From contig MKTD01000003.1 in assembly GCA_001898165.1 (NCBI GenBank), forward strand, positions 58,214 through 122,213: a stretch of 64,000 nt of DNA, read 5' to 3'. Origin of the DNA: Bacteroidia bacterium 43-41. Lineage in GTDB: Bacteria > Bacteroidota > Bacteroidia > Bacteroidales > Dysgonomonadaceae. This document shows, in pieces, positions 9,955 to 19,375 of the stretch (the stretch's first letter is position 1; each line of letters begins with the position of its first letter). The translations under genes and the position numbers were made by a program. Under the pieces are notes generated by a model that was not told the origin of the DNA, searched no databases, and was given only the letters and a program-made list of their open reading frames with translations.

Positions 9955-12900
9955 TTAAGCGCCTTGTCCGTGGCAATTTTTGTATTTTTTGCCGCTTCCG
10001 CAAGGACATGGATCGTTCCGTCCCACTTTCTTCTCCACACGAACGGGTTCTAATTTCCGTTGTTCAGGCTCTCTTGGTGAGCCGTTGTGAGCGGCCCTGC
10101 TTTCCACTTCGTCTTTTTGAGTGCGGTATTTGCTGTAGTCGGTTTTCTGCTCGGGTGCAGCCTGGCGAACATTTCTCGGATCCTGGACAGGGATCTGTCC
10201 GCGCATCAGAATAGAAACTGCTTTTGAGTTGACATCGTTGACCATTATTTTAAAAAGGCTGAACGATTCGAGCTTGTAGATCAATAGCGGATCTTTTTGT
10301 TCGTAGCTGGCGTTTTGAACCGAATTGCGCAATTCATCCATCTCCCGGAGATGTTCTTTCCAATCTTCGTCGATAGTGTGAAGTAAAATTGATTTTTCAA
10401 ACGATTTAACCAGTGCTTTCGATCCCGATTCGTACGCCTCTTTCAGGTTAGTGGCAATGTTATATACTCTTTTCCCGTCGGAGATGGGGATAAGAATATT
10501 TTCATACATGGCGCCCTGTTTTTCATACACGTCTTTGATAACCGGTTGGGCAATTTCCGCCAATCGGTCGGTCTTGCGTTTGAATTCCGAGATAGCCTTT
10601 TCAACTACTTTCTCAACCAGCGTGTTGGGTTTCATATCCTTCATCTCTTCTTCGGAGAATGGAATTTCAACTGCCATCACACGGAAAAGGTCGAGTTTCA
10701 TGTTTTCGTAATCGTCCTCGTTGGCTTCCACTACATTTTTAGCCGTTTCCGTTATCATGTTGGCAACGTCGATTTCTATACGGTCTCCCATCAATGCGTG
10801 GCGACGACGTTTATAAATGACTTCACGCTGGGAGTTCATCACATCGTCGTATTCCAACAAACGTTTACGAATACCGAAGTTGTTCTCTTCCACCTTTTTC
10901 TGTGCACGTTCTACCGATTTGTTCAGCATATCGTGTTCGAGCATATCGCCTTCCTTGAAACCCATCCGGTCCATAAGCCCGGCAATCCTTTCGGTGGCAA
11001 ACAAACGCATCAGGTCATCTTCGAGCGACACGAAAAAAACCGATGATCCCGGGTCTCCCTGACGACCGGCACGGCCACGCAGCTGACGGTCAACACGGCG
11101 GCTTTCGTGCCGTTCCGTGCCTATAATGGCCAAACCTCCGGCATTTCTCACCTCCGGTGTTAATTTAATATCCGTTCCACGGCCGGCCATATTGGTGGCA
11201 ATGGTTACCATCTCCCGTTGTCCGGCGTTGGCTACAATTTCTGCTTCGCGCTGGTGCAGCTTGGCATTCAACACATTGTGTTTTATTTTGCGAAGCGTAA
11301 GCATCCTGCTCAACAATTCGGAGATTTCCACCGAAGTTGTTCCCACCAGGACGGGGCGGCCTTTTGCAATGGTATTTTCTATTTCGTCGATAACCGCTGT
11401 GTATTTTTCCCGTTTGGTTTTATAAATACGGTCGTTCATATCGTTGCGGACAATTGGCCGGTTGGTGGGGATCACCACCACGTCTAATTTGTAAATGTCC
11501 CAGAATTCACCTGCTTCGGTTTCGGCTGTTCCGGTCATACCCGCCAGCTTGTTGTACATTCTAAAGTAGTTCTGCAAGGTGATGGTGGCGAAAGTTTGCG
11601 TGGCAGCTTCTACTTTTACACGTTCTTTAGCTTCGATAGCCTGGTGTAAGCCGTCGGAATAACGGCGCCCTTCCATGATACGGCCTGTCTGTTCATCAAC
11701 AATTTTTACTTTGTTGTCGATAACCACATATTCATCGTCCCTATCAAACAGCGTGTATGCCTTAAGAAGCTGGTTTATAGTATGTACCCGCTCAGATTTT
11801 ATCGCAAAATTTTGTAGGAGTTCATCTTTTTTTATTGCCTTCTCTTCGTCGGACAACGACAGGTTCTCGAGCTCGGCAAGTTGTGATGCAATGTCCGGCA
11901 ACACGAAAAAATACGGGTCGTCCGATTTTCCGGTCAGCAAGTCGATGCCTTTATCGGTCAGCTCAATACTGTTCTGTTTCTCGTCAATCACAAAATACAA
12001 CGGATCGGTAGCGATGTGCATGTTGCGCGACTGTTCCTGCATATAGAATTCTTCGGTTTTCAGCATGGCAGCCTTCACCCCCTGCTCACTTAAAAACTTG
12101 ATAAGCGGTTTATATTTAGGCATACCTTTATAGGAACGGAAAAGCAGCAAGGCCCCTTCCTCCTGTTCCTTTTTATCCTCCGAAGCCATTTTGGCTTTTG
12201 CATCAGCAAGCAGCCGGGTAGTAAAATCGCGTTGGGCTTTAACCACTTGTTCCACCCGCGGACGGAAGAGATCAAACAATTGATCATCGCCTTTCGGAAT
12301 GGGTCCCGATATAATCAACGGCGTGCGCGCATCATCAATTAATACGGAGTCAACCTCGTCCACAATGGCATAATTATGTATTCGTTGAACCAGGTCTCTT
12401 GGTGAAACGGCCATATTGTCGCGAAGGTAATCAAAGCCGAATTCGTTATTCGTACCAAAAGTGATATCTGCTTCATAAGCCTTGCGGCGGGCGTCGGAGT
12501 TAGGTTCGTGTTTATCGATACAATCTACGGAGAGCCCGTGGAACATATAAATCGGCCCCATCCATTCCGAGTCACGTTTCGACAAGTAATCGTTCACCGT
12601 TACCACGTGAACACCCCTGTGCGTAAGGGCATTAAGGAATACCGGCAGGGTTGCCACCAGTGTTTTTCCTTCACCCGTTGCCATTTCGGCAATTTTACCC
12701 TGGTGCAGCACCACGCCTCCAAACAATTGCACATCGTAGTGCACCATGTCCCAGGTTATCTCGTTGCCCCCGGCAATCCAGTGATTTTGATAGACAGCCT
12801 TATCGCCTTCGATATGTACAAAGTCGTGCTTGGCCGCTAAATCGCGGTCGAAATCGGTAGCCGTAACCACAATTTCAGCGTTATCATTAAATCTTTTAGC

Positions 12901-13251
12901 GGTTTCTTTGACAATGGAAAATGCTTCGGGGAGAGTTTCCGATAATATTTTCTCTAATTTTGAAGTAATCTCCTTTTCAATTTTATCAATTTCGTTCCAG
13001 ACCGATTCGCGTTTTTCTAATTCCACTTCTTCTACGCCTGCTTTCAGCTCCGCAATGCGGGCACTGTCTTCGGCAACGTATTCTTCTATTCTCTTTTCGA
13101 GTTCTTTGGTTTTTGCACGTAATTCATCGTTCGAGAGCTGTTCCATTTTCGTATAAGCCTCCTTTATCGTGTTCACGATCGGGTTTATCTCGTTCAGGTC
13201 CCTCTGTGCTTTATTACCAAATATTTTACTTATAAATGAATTGAATCCCAT
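9955..13251 (-). CDS. secA: Preprotein translocase ATPase SecA
   Basis: Walker A ([14 protein letters not shown]), the DEAD-like [19 protein letters not shown] motif, and the C-terminal zinc-binding SEC-C motif [14 protein letters not shown]. Confidence 0.97.
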   Translation of the reverse strand: MGFNSFISKIFGNKAQRDLNEINPIVNTIKEAYTKMEQLSNDELRAKTKELEKRIEEYVAEDSARIAELKAGVEEVELEKRESVWNEIDKIEKEITSKLEKILSETLPEAFSIVKETAKRFNDNAEIVVTATDFDRDLAAKHDFVHIEGDKAVYQNHWIAGGNEITWDMVHYDVQLFGGVVLHQGKIAEMATGEGKTLVATLPVFLNALTHRGVHVVTVNDYLSKRDSEWMGPIYMFHGLSVDCIDKHEPNSDARRKAYEADITFGTNNEFGFDYLRDNMAVSPRDLVQRIHNYAIVDEVDSVLIDDARTPLIISGPIPKGDDQLFDLFRPRVEQVVKAQRDFTTRLLADAKAKMASEDKKEQEEGALLLFRSYKGMPKYKPLIKFLSEQGVKAAMLKTEEFYMQEQSRNMHIATDPLYFVIDEKQNSIELTDKGIDLLTGKSDDPYFFVLPDIASQLAELENLSLSDEEKAIKKDELLQNFAIKSERVHTINQLLKAYTLFDRDDEYVVIDNKVKIVDEQTGRIMEGRRYSDGLHQAIEAKERVKVEAATQTFATITLQNYFRMYNKLAGMTGTAETEAGEFWDIYKLDVVVIPTNRPIVRNDMNDRIYKTKREKYTAVIDEIENTIAKGRPVLVGTTSVEISELLSRMLTLRKIKHNVLNAKLHQREAEIVANAGQREMVTIATNMAGRGTDIKLTPEVRNAGGLAIIGTERHESRRVDRQLRGRAGRQGDPGSSVFFVSLEDDLMRLFATERIAGLMDRMGFKEGDMLEHDMLNKSVERAQKKVEENNFGIRKRLLEYDDVMNSQREVIYKRRRHALMGDRIEIDVANMITETAKNVVEANEDDYENMKLDLFRVMAVEIPFSEEEMKDMKPNTLVEKVVEKAISEFKRKTDRLAEIAQPVIKDVYEKQGAMYENILIPISDGKRVYNIATNLKEAYESGSKALVKSFEKSILLHTIDEDWKEHLREMDELRNSVQNASYEQKDPLLIYKLESFSLFKIMVNDVNSKAVSILMRGQIPVQDPRNVRQAAPEQKTDYSKYRTQKDEVESRAAHNGSPREPEQRKLEPVRVEKKVGRNDPCPCGSGKKYKNCHGQGA

Positions 13252-13337
13252 AATGCTTTGTGTTGCGGGTTTTGGATCAGCAAACTGATTTATCCTCTTC
13301 CCTTAATTTTTAATTTCTGATTGATTTCTAATTACTT

Positions 13338-14906
13338 TTAAAACAGTTCTTCCAGAATATTTGCTTTTGCAGCGTTAGGAGCACGGATTCGCAAGCGGTG
13401 GGATACGCTCGGGGCAATTTCTGTCGCATCAATTACACGATTGATTTTTTGCGGCTTAATGTTGTTCCCGAAAAAGATTACAGGTGCATGAACCGCATTG
13501 TCTCTTACGCGGACATTGTTGTTTGAGTCATTATCAACGACTACCTTCCATCCGGGCTGTAATTCCAGATAAAGATCACCCGATATCCCTTTGTAAAAAC
13601 CATTCCTATAATGTTGTACAGTTTGGTTATAGGCGCCGTGCAACATCTGATGAGACGTGATCACATCCTGTATTCCTGACGATTGAACAAGAAATTCGGC
13701 TGCTTTTTGCTGGAACTCCACAAAGTTGATCTTTCGGTCTTCGATAAGCTTCCGGTTGAAAAACAGCTGCTGATCATAATATTTGCTTACCCATTGTTCG
13801 CGGCCGTAAATGGCCATCAGATACATATTGAGCAATGCGATGCTCCTGTCGGGATAAAAATCTCCGCCCGAAGTAACCATATCCGGAGGATGAACTTCCT
13901 GTTCGTTGAAATACCCGGTGGAAACCACAAAGATTAAGGTGTTTTGTAAGCCTACGGTTGAGTCGATAGCTTCGAGCAATTTTTCTATTTCCTGGTCTAA
14001 CCGATAGTAAGTATCCTGTACTTCAACGGAGTAGTTTTTGTCGAGAGAATTTTCAAAGTTACCGGCATAGAATGTCAATGCCAGGAAGTCGGGGTTTTGA
14101 CGTTTCCCCAACGAGTTGGCCTTCAATACTTTTTCAGCAATCTCACGCACTTCCGTATTTACAAACGGCGACTGCTTTAATAAGCGCACGTGATTTTTTT
14201 TCTCCGCACCAAAGTAGTGTTGGAAGTTATAGAGGTTCTTGGTGTAGGGAAATGCTTTGTAGTTCGACACATCGATGGCGGGGCGCCAAGTGATGGATCC
14301 GATTTTCTTACTCAACGATTCCGGTGTCCGGTTGTGTTGTTCAACTATGGGTTGCCGGATTTTATAAAAAGTGGTTGTAGCCCAGTTTCCGGTCAGGTCT
14401 TCCACCCAATACGCGCCACTGGCGGCGTGTCCCCCCGAAGCAAGCGCCTGCGAAGCGTGAGGTGCAAAAGCAAACACGTCCGATTGTCCGCCGGAGGCGA
14501 TCTTAAGCTCATCGGCAATGGTAGAAACTTTTACAGGCAATGGCGAATAGCGTTCGGTGTACTTATCATCGGAGAACGAAGGAATTTCCCGGTTTTCTTT
14601 CAGGAAAAATTTGTTTTCTCCGATAATTCCGTGATAAGAAGGATTGGCACCGGTAAAAATGGTGGTGATGGTGGAAGCGCGGTCGAGATGTGGAAAATTG
14701 AATTCCAGATCGGAATAAACCAGCCCGCCGTTCAGAAGTTTTTTAAATCCTTTTTCTCCGAAAGTATGTTGGAACATCTCCAGGTAATCGCCGCGCAATT
14801 GGTCTATGGTGATTCCCACAACCAATTTTGGTATAGCTTGTGTCTCTTGGGCACAGAGAGTGGTTATCGAAAAGAGAGCGACAAAAGACGATAATATTTT
14901 ATTCAT
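13338..14906 (-). CDS. Secreted alkaline-phosphatase-superfamily protein (type I phosphodiesterase/nucleotide pyrophosphatase-like)
   Basis: Signal peptide, then VVGITIDQLRGDYL...TIFTGANPSYHGI...IFVVSTGY, the pattern typical of AlkP-superfamily metalloenzymes. Substrate unknown. Confidence 0.65.
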   Translation of the reverse strand: MNKILSSFVALFSITTLCAQETQAIPKLVVGITIDQLRGDYLEMFQHTFGEKGFKKLLNGGLVYSDLEFNFPHLDRASTITTIFTGANPSYHGIIGENKFFLKENREIPSFSDDKYTERYSPLPVKVSTIADELKIASGGQSDVFAFAPHASQALASGGHAASGAYWVEDLTGNWATTTFYKIRQPIVEQHNRTPESLSKKIGSITWRPAIDVSNYKAFPYTKNLYNFQHYFGAEKKNHVRLLKQSPFVNTEVREIAEKVLKANSLGKRQNPDFLALTFYAGNFENSLDKNYSVEVQDTYYRLDQEIEKLLEAIDSTVGLQNTLIFVVSTGYFNEQEVHPPDMVTSGGDFYPDRSIALLNMYLMAIYGREQWVSKYYDQQLFFNRKLIEDRKINFVEFQQKAAEFLVQSSGIQDVITSHQMLHGAYNQTVQHYRNGFYKGISGDLYLELQPGWKVVVDNDSNNNVRVRDNAVHAPVIFFGNNIKPQKINRVIDATEIAPSVSHRLRIRAPNAAKANILEELF

Positions 14907-14943
14907 TTGAGTTTTTTTCTTCCATTGCTACGTTTGCTTCGCG

Positions 14944-16197
14944 TTATTGTCCCCACCCTGCCTTCATATATTTTGACGAAACATACCGTTTGTTGACCTT
15001 TTTTCTTTTCGTCAGCATAAACACATTCGTCCCCGATCTGAGCCATAAGCTCATTGAGAAAGGGATAGTTGCAACCGGTAACTGCTGTGGCACCAACCAC
15101 CAGAGAAGCAGAAAAAGGGTTAGGACTGCAAAGTTAATAAAATGATAGATATTTACCACGTTTTTCATCGGTTTTACCCAAAATAAAACAGCAAAAATAA
15201 GTGCAAAAATATTCATCCAAACAAAATTCCAGTTCGGATTTGTAGCCGGATGCTCCGAAAAAAACATCAGAGAAAACAGTACAAATCCTCCTATACCGTA
15301 AATTGCGAAAAGAATCGTATCGTAAATTTTGGGTAATTGGGTTTTATTCCATTTTATATATTGGACCACCGATACCAGAATTGTTATAAAAAGAAGTGCG
15401 AATGCCACTACTATTGGCGAAAATACGGACTGTTCGTCTTTGCTATTTCCCTTATTTGCAGCATCTAGCACAGTGGTTGTCTCTTTGATCAGGGGATAGC
15501 TTACAGAGTCGTTCTTAACAACGGTTGCACCTTCGAATGAACCCATCAAATAGGAAGGGATAAACATTTTTGCACGCACGTCAATGGGGTAATCGGCCCC
15601 GGCACCTATAATCAAATCAATACCGAATTTATTCCACGGGTACGGCTGTAAACATTCGTGCAGGATATCCCGATAAGTCTGCCCTTCTTTTGTGGGAGGG
15701 TATATGATCTTGCCCCCTACAAATTTTTCCACCATATCCCGCGGGCGTGTGGAGCAGTTATCGTAAAAATAATTATACCGATAGCCTCTGTTTTCAGGCA
15801 GTTGGTTGATATACAGCGCCTCCCACAATTGTTGCTTTTCCGGTTGAGTCAGGTTAAGTTCCTGCTCATAAACAGCCACTTTCTTGTATATATATTCGCT
15901 GATAAATACTTCAAAGGATGTTGTTCCCAAAATATAATCGGTTTCTCCCCTTACAAAGTGGTATATGAAGTTGGGCTGGGAAGAGTCGAAAAAACCGTAA
16001 TTAAAAACAGTGTCCAGATGTGTAGAATCGTCCTGAACACGCAAGGCCGTGTGCCCATAGTACGCGTAAACGGCTCCCGACCACGGCCCGCAGGTCATAA
16101 GGCTTATTTTGGCACTATCGCTCAGTTGTATTTGAGCATTCGTGAAAGCCGAAAATGTGATAAGAATTATGGTAAAAAAGTATCTCTTCATTATCAT
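14944..16197 (-). CDS. DUF4105 / Lnb-type membrane protein (candidate Bacteroidota lipoprotein N-acyltransferase)
   Basis: N-terminal periplasmic domain (SLMTCGPWSGAVYAYYGHTALRVQD, YRYNYFYDNCSTRPRD) followed by about 5 predicted TM helices. It lies 38 nt upstream of the AlkP-family gene on the same strand. Confidence 0.6.
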   Translation of the reverse strand: MIMKRYFFTIILITFSAFTNAQIQLSDSAKISLMTCGPWSGAVYAYYGHTALRVQDDSTHLDTVFNYGFFDSSQPNFIYHFVRGETDYILGTTSFEVFISEYIYKKVAVYEQELNLTQPEKQQLWEALYINQLPENRGYRYNYFYDNCSTRPRDMVEKFVGGKIIYPPTKEGQTYRDILHECLQPYPWNKFGIDLIIGAGADYPIDVRAKMFIPSYLMGSFEGATVVKNDSVSYPLIKETTTVLDAANKGNSKDEQSVFSPIVVAFALLFITILVSVVQYIKWNKTQLPKIYDTILFAIYGIGGFVLFSLMFFSEHPATNPNWNFVWMNIFALIFAVLFWVKPMKNVVNIYHFINFAVLTLFLLLWWLVPQQLPVATIPFSMSLWLRSGTNVFMLTKRKKVNKRYVSSKYMKAGWGQ

Positions 16198-16301
16198 CCG
16201 ATCTTATATTAAAATGCAAATTTACACATAAAAGTTTATTTTTGCGGCTTTTTGATGATATTCCGAGTGATTATGGCGTACAATTTGGTTTGGGCAATAA
16301 T

Positions 16302-16338
16302 CAAAAAACAACGGTGATCCTCTTTCGAAAACCACCGT
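16302..16338 (-). terminator. Probable terminator after rpmE
   Basis: On the minus strand, ACGGTG...CACCGT forms a 6-7-bp stem followed by TGTTTTTTG. Confidence 0.45.
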
Positions 16339-16361
16339 CTTTCCACTTCCTGAAAAGGAAT

Positions 16362-16616
16362 TTATTTTTTCTTACGATCTCCGTAACGGCTCATAAATTT
16401 GTCAACACGTCCGGCCGTATCCACCAATTTTTGTTTTCCGGTGTAGAACGGATGCGATGAACTGGTAATCTCAAGTTTTACCAAAGGATAAGTAACACCG
16501 TCAATTTCAATGGTTTCCTTGGCGTTTATGGTTGAACGTGAAATAAAGATCTCTTCGTTCGACATATCTTTGAAAACTACCGGGCGATAATTGCTTGGAT
16601 GTATTTCTTTTTTCAT
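16362..16616 (-). CDS. rpmE: 50S ribosomal protein L31 (type B, no CxxC zinc motif)
   Basis: [17 protein letters not shown]...[23 protein letters not shown]. Confidence 0.9.
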   Translation of the reverse strand: MKKEIHPSNYRPVVFKDMSNEEIFISRSTINAKETIEIDGVTYPLVKLEITSSSHPFYTGKQKLVDTAGRVDKFMSRYGDRKKK

Positions 16617-16663
16617 TGCTATATGTTTGTTTTATTTTTCTGTTGCTTTGAATTTTCGGAATG

Positions 16664-16671
16664 CAAAGATA
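16664..16671 (-). promoter_or_regulatory. -7 box TATCTTTG upstream of rpmE
   Basis: TATCTTTG (TAnnTTTG consensus) on the minus strand, 48 nt upstream of the rpmE ATG. The same octamer recurs upstream of several other genes in this window. Confidence 0.4.
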
Positions 16672-16811
16672 TAACAATTCATTGGAATACAAAAATTAAA
16701 TGGAAATAATTTAGAAAAAATCAATTTCGGTATTTTGGAGACTGTTTAGGTTTGTTTCGCTTTGAAGTCGAAGAGCTTTTATTTAATTTTGTATGAATTT
16801 AAAATGTGAAG

Positions 16812-18056
16812 ATGAAAATAGAAATCATAACTGTTGGTGATGAAATCCTTATTGGACAAATTATCGATACCAATTCCGCCTGGATGGCAGCAGAGCTTAC
16901 CCGGGAGGGATTTGAAATTGTTGCGATTACAACGGTCGGCGACCAGGCGCAAAATATTATAAGAGCCCTTGACACGGCTTTTTCCAGAGCAGATGTACTG
17001 CTGATGACAGGTGGAATTGGCCCTACCAAGGATGATATTACCAAGAAAACGCTTTGCAACTATTTCAATACCGATTTGATTTTTGATGAAAGTGTTTTTC
17101 AAAACATCAATCGCCTCTTTGCTCACAAAAACTATAAGTTGAACGAGCTGACAAAAAATCAGGCATTTGTCCCGAAAGATTGCACGGTTATCCAGAACAA
17201 AGCAGGGACGGCCCCTCTCCTCTGGTTTGAACAAAAAGGCAAAATATTGGTTTCAATGCCTGGCGTCCCTTTCGAGATGAAAGTAGCGATAACCGGCGAG
17301 ATCATTCCAAGGCTGAGGAAACAATTCCTATCGATTGACTATCTGAAGTCTTCTTTTCTGGTATCGGGAATTACAGAGTCGGCATTAGCCATCCTGCTGG
17401 AAGATTTTGAAGCAAAGCTTCCCGGCAATTTTTCGCTCGCCTATCTCCCATCCTACGGATTGATCCGTTTGCGGTTATCGGCTTGGGGAAAAGAAAATCT
17501 TTCGGAAATGGAATTTCAGGAAGGGAGGCTCAGGGAAACGCTACATGAAGTTCTTGTAGCAGACGGTGATCAACCGCTTGAAGCATTGCTGGGCGAAGCA
17601 TTGCGAAGCAACAACCTCACCGTTTCCACTGCCGAGAGCTGTACCGGAGGGAGCATTGCACACCGGATAACGCTTGTTCCGGGAGCATCGGCGTACTATA
17701 AAGGTTCGGTTATATCGTACGACAATACGGTTAAAACATCCATGTTGGATGTTGATAGTAAATCCATTGAGACATATGGAGCAGTCAGCCGGGAAGTGGT
17801 GGAACAAATGGCGCAAAACGTATCGGAAAAACTGAAAACTGATTGCTCCATTGCCGTTTCAGGTATTGCCGGCCCCGATGGGGGAACGCTCGAAAAACCG
17901 GTGGGAACGGTCTGGATTTGCACCAGGATGCATAATGAAACGGTAACTCAAAAATACCAATTCGGTACTTCCCGCGAAGAAAATATAAACAGAACAACCA
18001 ACATGGCTATCTTACAGATGATAAAAATGCTGAAAAAATATAAGAAACCGTTTTGA
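16812..18056 (+). CDS. cinA: CinA family protein (MoCF-biosynthesis-like domain plus nicotinamide-nucleotide amidohydrolase PncC domain)
   Basis: MKIEIITVGDEILIGQIIDTNSAWMA...LLMTGGIGPTKDDITK...TAESCTGGSIAH...AVSGIAGPDGG. ATG at 16812 (a GTG at 16806 is also possible). Confidence 0.85.
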   Translation: MKIEIITVGDEILIGQIIDTNSAWMAAELTREGFEIVAITTVGDQAQNIIRALDTAFSRADVLLMTGGIGPTKDDITKKTLCNYFNTDLIFDESVFQNINRLFAHKNYKLNELTKNQAFVPKDCTVIQNKAGTAPLLWFEQKGKILVSMPGVPFEMKVAITGEIIPRLRKQFLSIDYLKSSFLVSGITESALAILLEDFEAKLPGNFSLAYLPSYGLIRLRLSAWGKENLSEMEFQEGRLRETLHEVLVADGDQPLEALLGEALRSNNLTVSTAESCTGGSIAHRITLVPGASAYYKGSVISYDNTVKTSMLDVDSKSIETYGAVSREVVEQMAQNVSEKLKTDCSIAVSGIAGPDGGTLEKPVGTVWICTRMHNETVTQKYQFGTSREENINRTTNMAILQMIKMLKKYKKPF

Positions 18057-18090
18057 AGGCGAAGATTTTTTATTTACGTCTTTCGTAGGA

Positions 18091-18110
18091 AATTTAAACA
18101 GTTTCTAAAA
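18091..18110 (+). repeat. Degenerate core copy (AATTTAAACAGTTTCTAAAA)
   Basis: Shares AAACAGTTTCTAA with the 28-nt repeat and AATTTAAACAGTTT with the 44272 copy. It lies 6 nt upstream of copy 2. Confidence 0.45.
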
Positions 18111-18116
18111 AACAGT

Positions 18117-18144
18117 GCATAAAAAAATTCAAAACACATTCTAA
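18117..18144 (+). repeat. 28-nt intergenic repeat, copy 2 (GCATAAAAAAATTCAAAACACATTCTAA)
   Basis: 26/28 identical to copies 1 and 3. It ends 8 nt before the ATG of the redoxin gene. The following TAACG(A/C)(G/A)AA(G/A)G is also shared with copy 1. Confidence 0.8.
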
Positions 18145-18152
18145 CGAGAAGG

Positions 18153-18596
18153 ATGCAAAATAAAATAGAAAAAATAAGAGTGAAATCTCTGGATGGCGAC
18201 CCTGTAGATTTAATGGAAATTTATTCGGGGAAACCACTACTGATCCTGTTTTTCAATATTCAGTGCCTGGGATGCACGGGCAGGGCAATCCCATTGGCTT
18301 ACGATTGCTTGCAGGAATTCAAAAACCTGAATGTTGTGGCCATACATACTGCTTTCGGAAAAAAAGTGGTGACCAAGGACGATATCATCAATATATTCAC
18401 CCTGAAAGAGTTGCCATTTCCCATCTACCTCGATATCGAAAACACGAACTATAAAAAATTTGACTGTGAGGGTATGCCGCATTGGATCCTGATGGATAAA
18501 GAAGGTAACGTAACCCGATCGATTTTCGGGTCGCAAGACGGTTCTCAAACCCGGCTGATTTATGCCCTCGAAGAATTGACAAAAGAAGCGGAATAA
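18153..18596 (+). CDS. Thioredoxin-fold (TlpA/AhpC-TSA-like) protein with no signal peptide
   Basis: KPLLILFFNIQCLGCTGRAIP contains a CxxC (CLGC) in the usual redoxin context, and GMPHWILMDKEGNV is a typical C-terminal redoxin motif. 147 aa. Confidence 0.6.
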   Translation: MQNKIEKIRVKSLDGDPVDLMEIYSGKPLLILFFNIQCLGCTGRAIPLAYDCLQEFKNLNVVAIHTAFGKKVVTKDDIINIFTLKELPFPIYLDIENTNYKKFDCEGMPHWILMDKEGNVTRSIFGSQDGSQTRLIYALEELTKEAE

Positions 18597-18667
18597 AAGA
18601 TTTTGGCACAGTTTTCTTCCCTTATTTATACGTTTTACCCAAAACTTCCGTTATATTTACTGAATCA

Positions 18668-18686
18668 AGAGACTGTTTTGAATTTT
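18668..18686 (-). repeat. Inverted arm of the 28-nt repeat (AGAGACTGTTTTGAATTTT)
   Basis: 18/19 complementary to 18708-18726 within copy 3, with a 21-nt spacer. This could form a 19-bp hairpin. Confidence 0.7.
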
Positions 18687-18700
18687 ACGAAAACCCAAAT

Positions 18701-18728
18701 GCATAAAAAAATTCAAAACAGTTTCTAA
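18701..18728 (+). repeat. 28-nt intergenic repeat, copy 3
   Basis: 28/28 identical to 5553-5580. It lies 584 bp downstream of copy 2 and 23 nt upstream of the ruvA ATG. Confidence 0.85.
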
Positions 18729-18751
18729 GTAACGTTACAATTTTTGAATTT

Positions 18752-19342
18752 ATGATCGATTACATCAAAGGCGAAATAACTGAATTGACGCCCGCTTCCG
18801 TTACGCTTGAATGCAACGGGATTGGCTATCTTGCAAATATCTCGCTAAACACTTACACCGTACTCAACGGCCAACAATCGGCCAAACTTTATATTTATGA
18901 ATCCATCCGCGAAGATGCGCACGTCCTTTTCGGCTTTGCCGACAAACACGAACGCGAAATATTCCTGCATCTTATCAGCGTATCGGGAGTCGGGCCGAGC
19001 ACGGGACGAATGATTCTCTCATCACTTACTTCCCGTGAACTGGAAGCGGTAATTGCTTCTGAAAATGCTACTGTGCTCCAATCTGTAAAAGGAATTGGCG
19101 CAAAAACCGCACAACGTATTATTATTGACCTGAAGGATAAAATCAAGTACACCGAGGAGGGCTCCACGATAAAAATTCCGGCCGCATTGTTTGTTTCGGG
19201 AGTAGGCCAGGAAGCTGTCTCTGCCTTGGTGATGCTGGGGTTTACAAAGCAGGCATCGGAAAAAGTGGTGGTAAAAATAGTGAAAGAGTCGCCGTCATTA
19301 TCGGTGGAAGCAATTATCAAAGAGGCATTGAAAAGGATGTAA
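18752..19342 (+). CDS. ruvA: Holliday junction DNA helicase subunit RuvA
   Basis: MIDYIKGEITELTPASVTLECNGIGY...FLHLISVSGVGPSTGRMILS...VKGIGAKTAQRIIIDLKDK (paired HhH motifs). Confidence 0.92.
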   Translation: MIDYIKGEITELTPASVTLECNGIGYLANISLNTYTVLNGQQSAKLYIYESIREDAHVLFGFADKHEREIFLHLISVSGVGPSTGRMILSSLTSRELEAVIASENATVLQSVKGIGAKTAQRIIIDLKDKIKYTEEGSTIKIPAALFVSGVGQEAVSALVMLGFTKQASEKVVVKIVKESPSLSVEAIIKEALKRM

Positions 19343-19375
19343 TATATGTGAGCTATCGGTCAACTCATTTGGTAA

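Noticed and set aside
14190-14894. Long antisense ORFs inside confident genes (examples: 14190-14894, 52726-53436, 3394-3960, 15658-16212, 59775-60416, 40775-41266, 10546-11046)
   Set aside because: Each lies entirely within, and antisense to, a gene with strong family motifs. Their translations are Arg/Ser/Cys/His-rich or low-complexity, as is typical of shadow frames.
18604-18618. Sigma-54-like promoter (TGGCAC-N5-TCTT) downstream of the redoxin gene
   Set aside because: The -24 TGGCAC is present, but the -12 element is TCTT rather than TTGC, so the conserved GC is missing. This is most likely chance.
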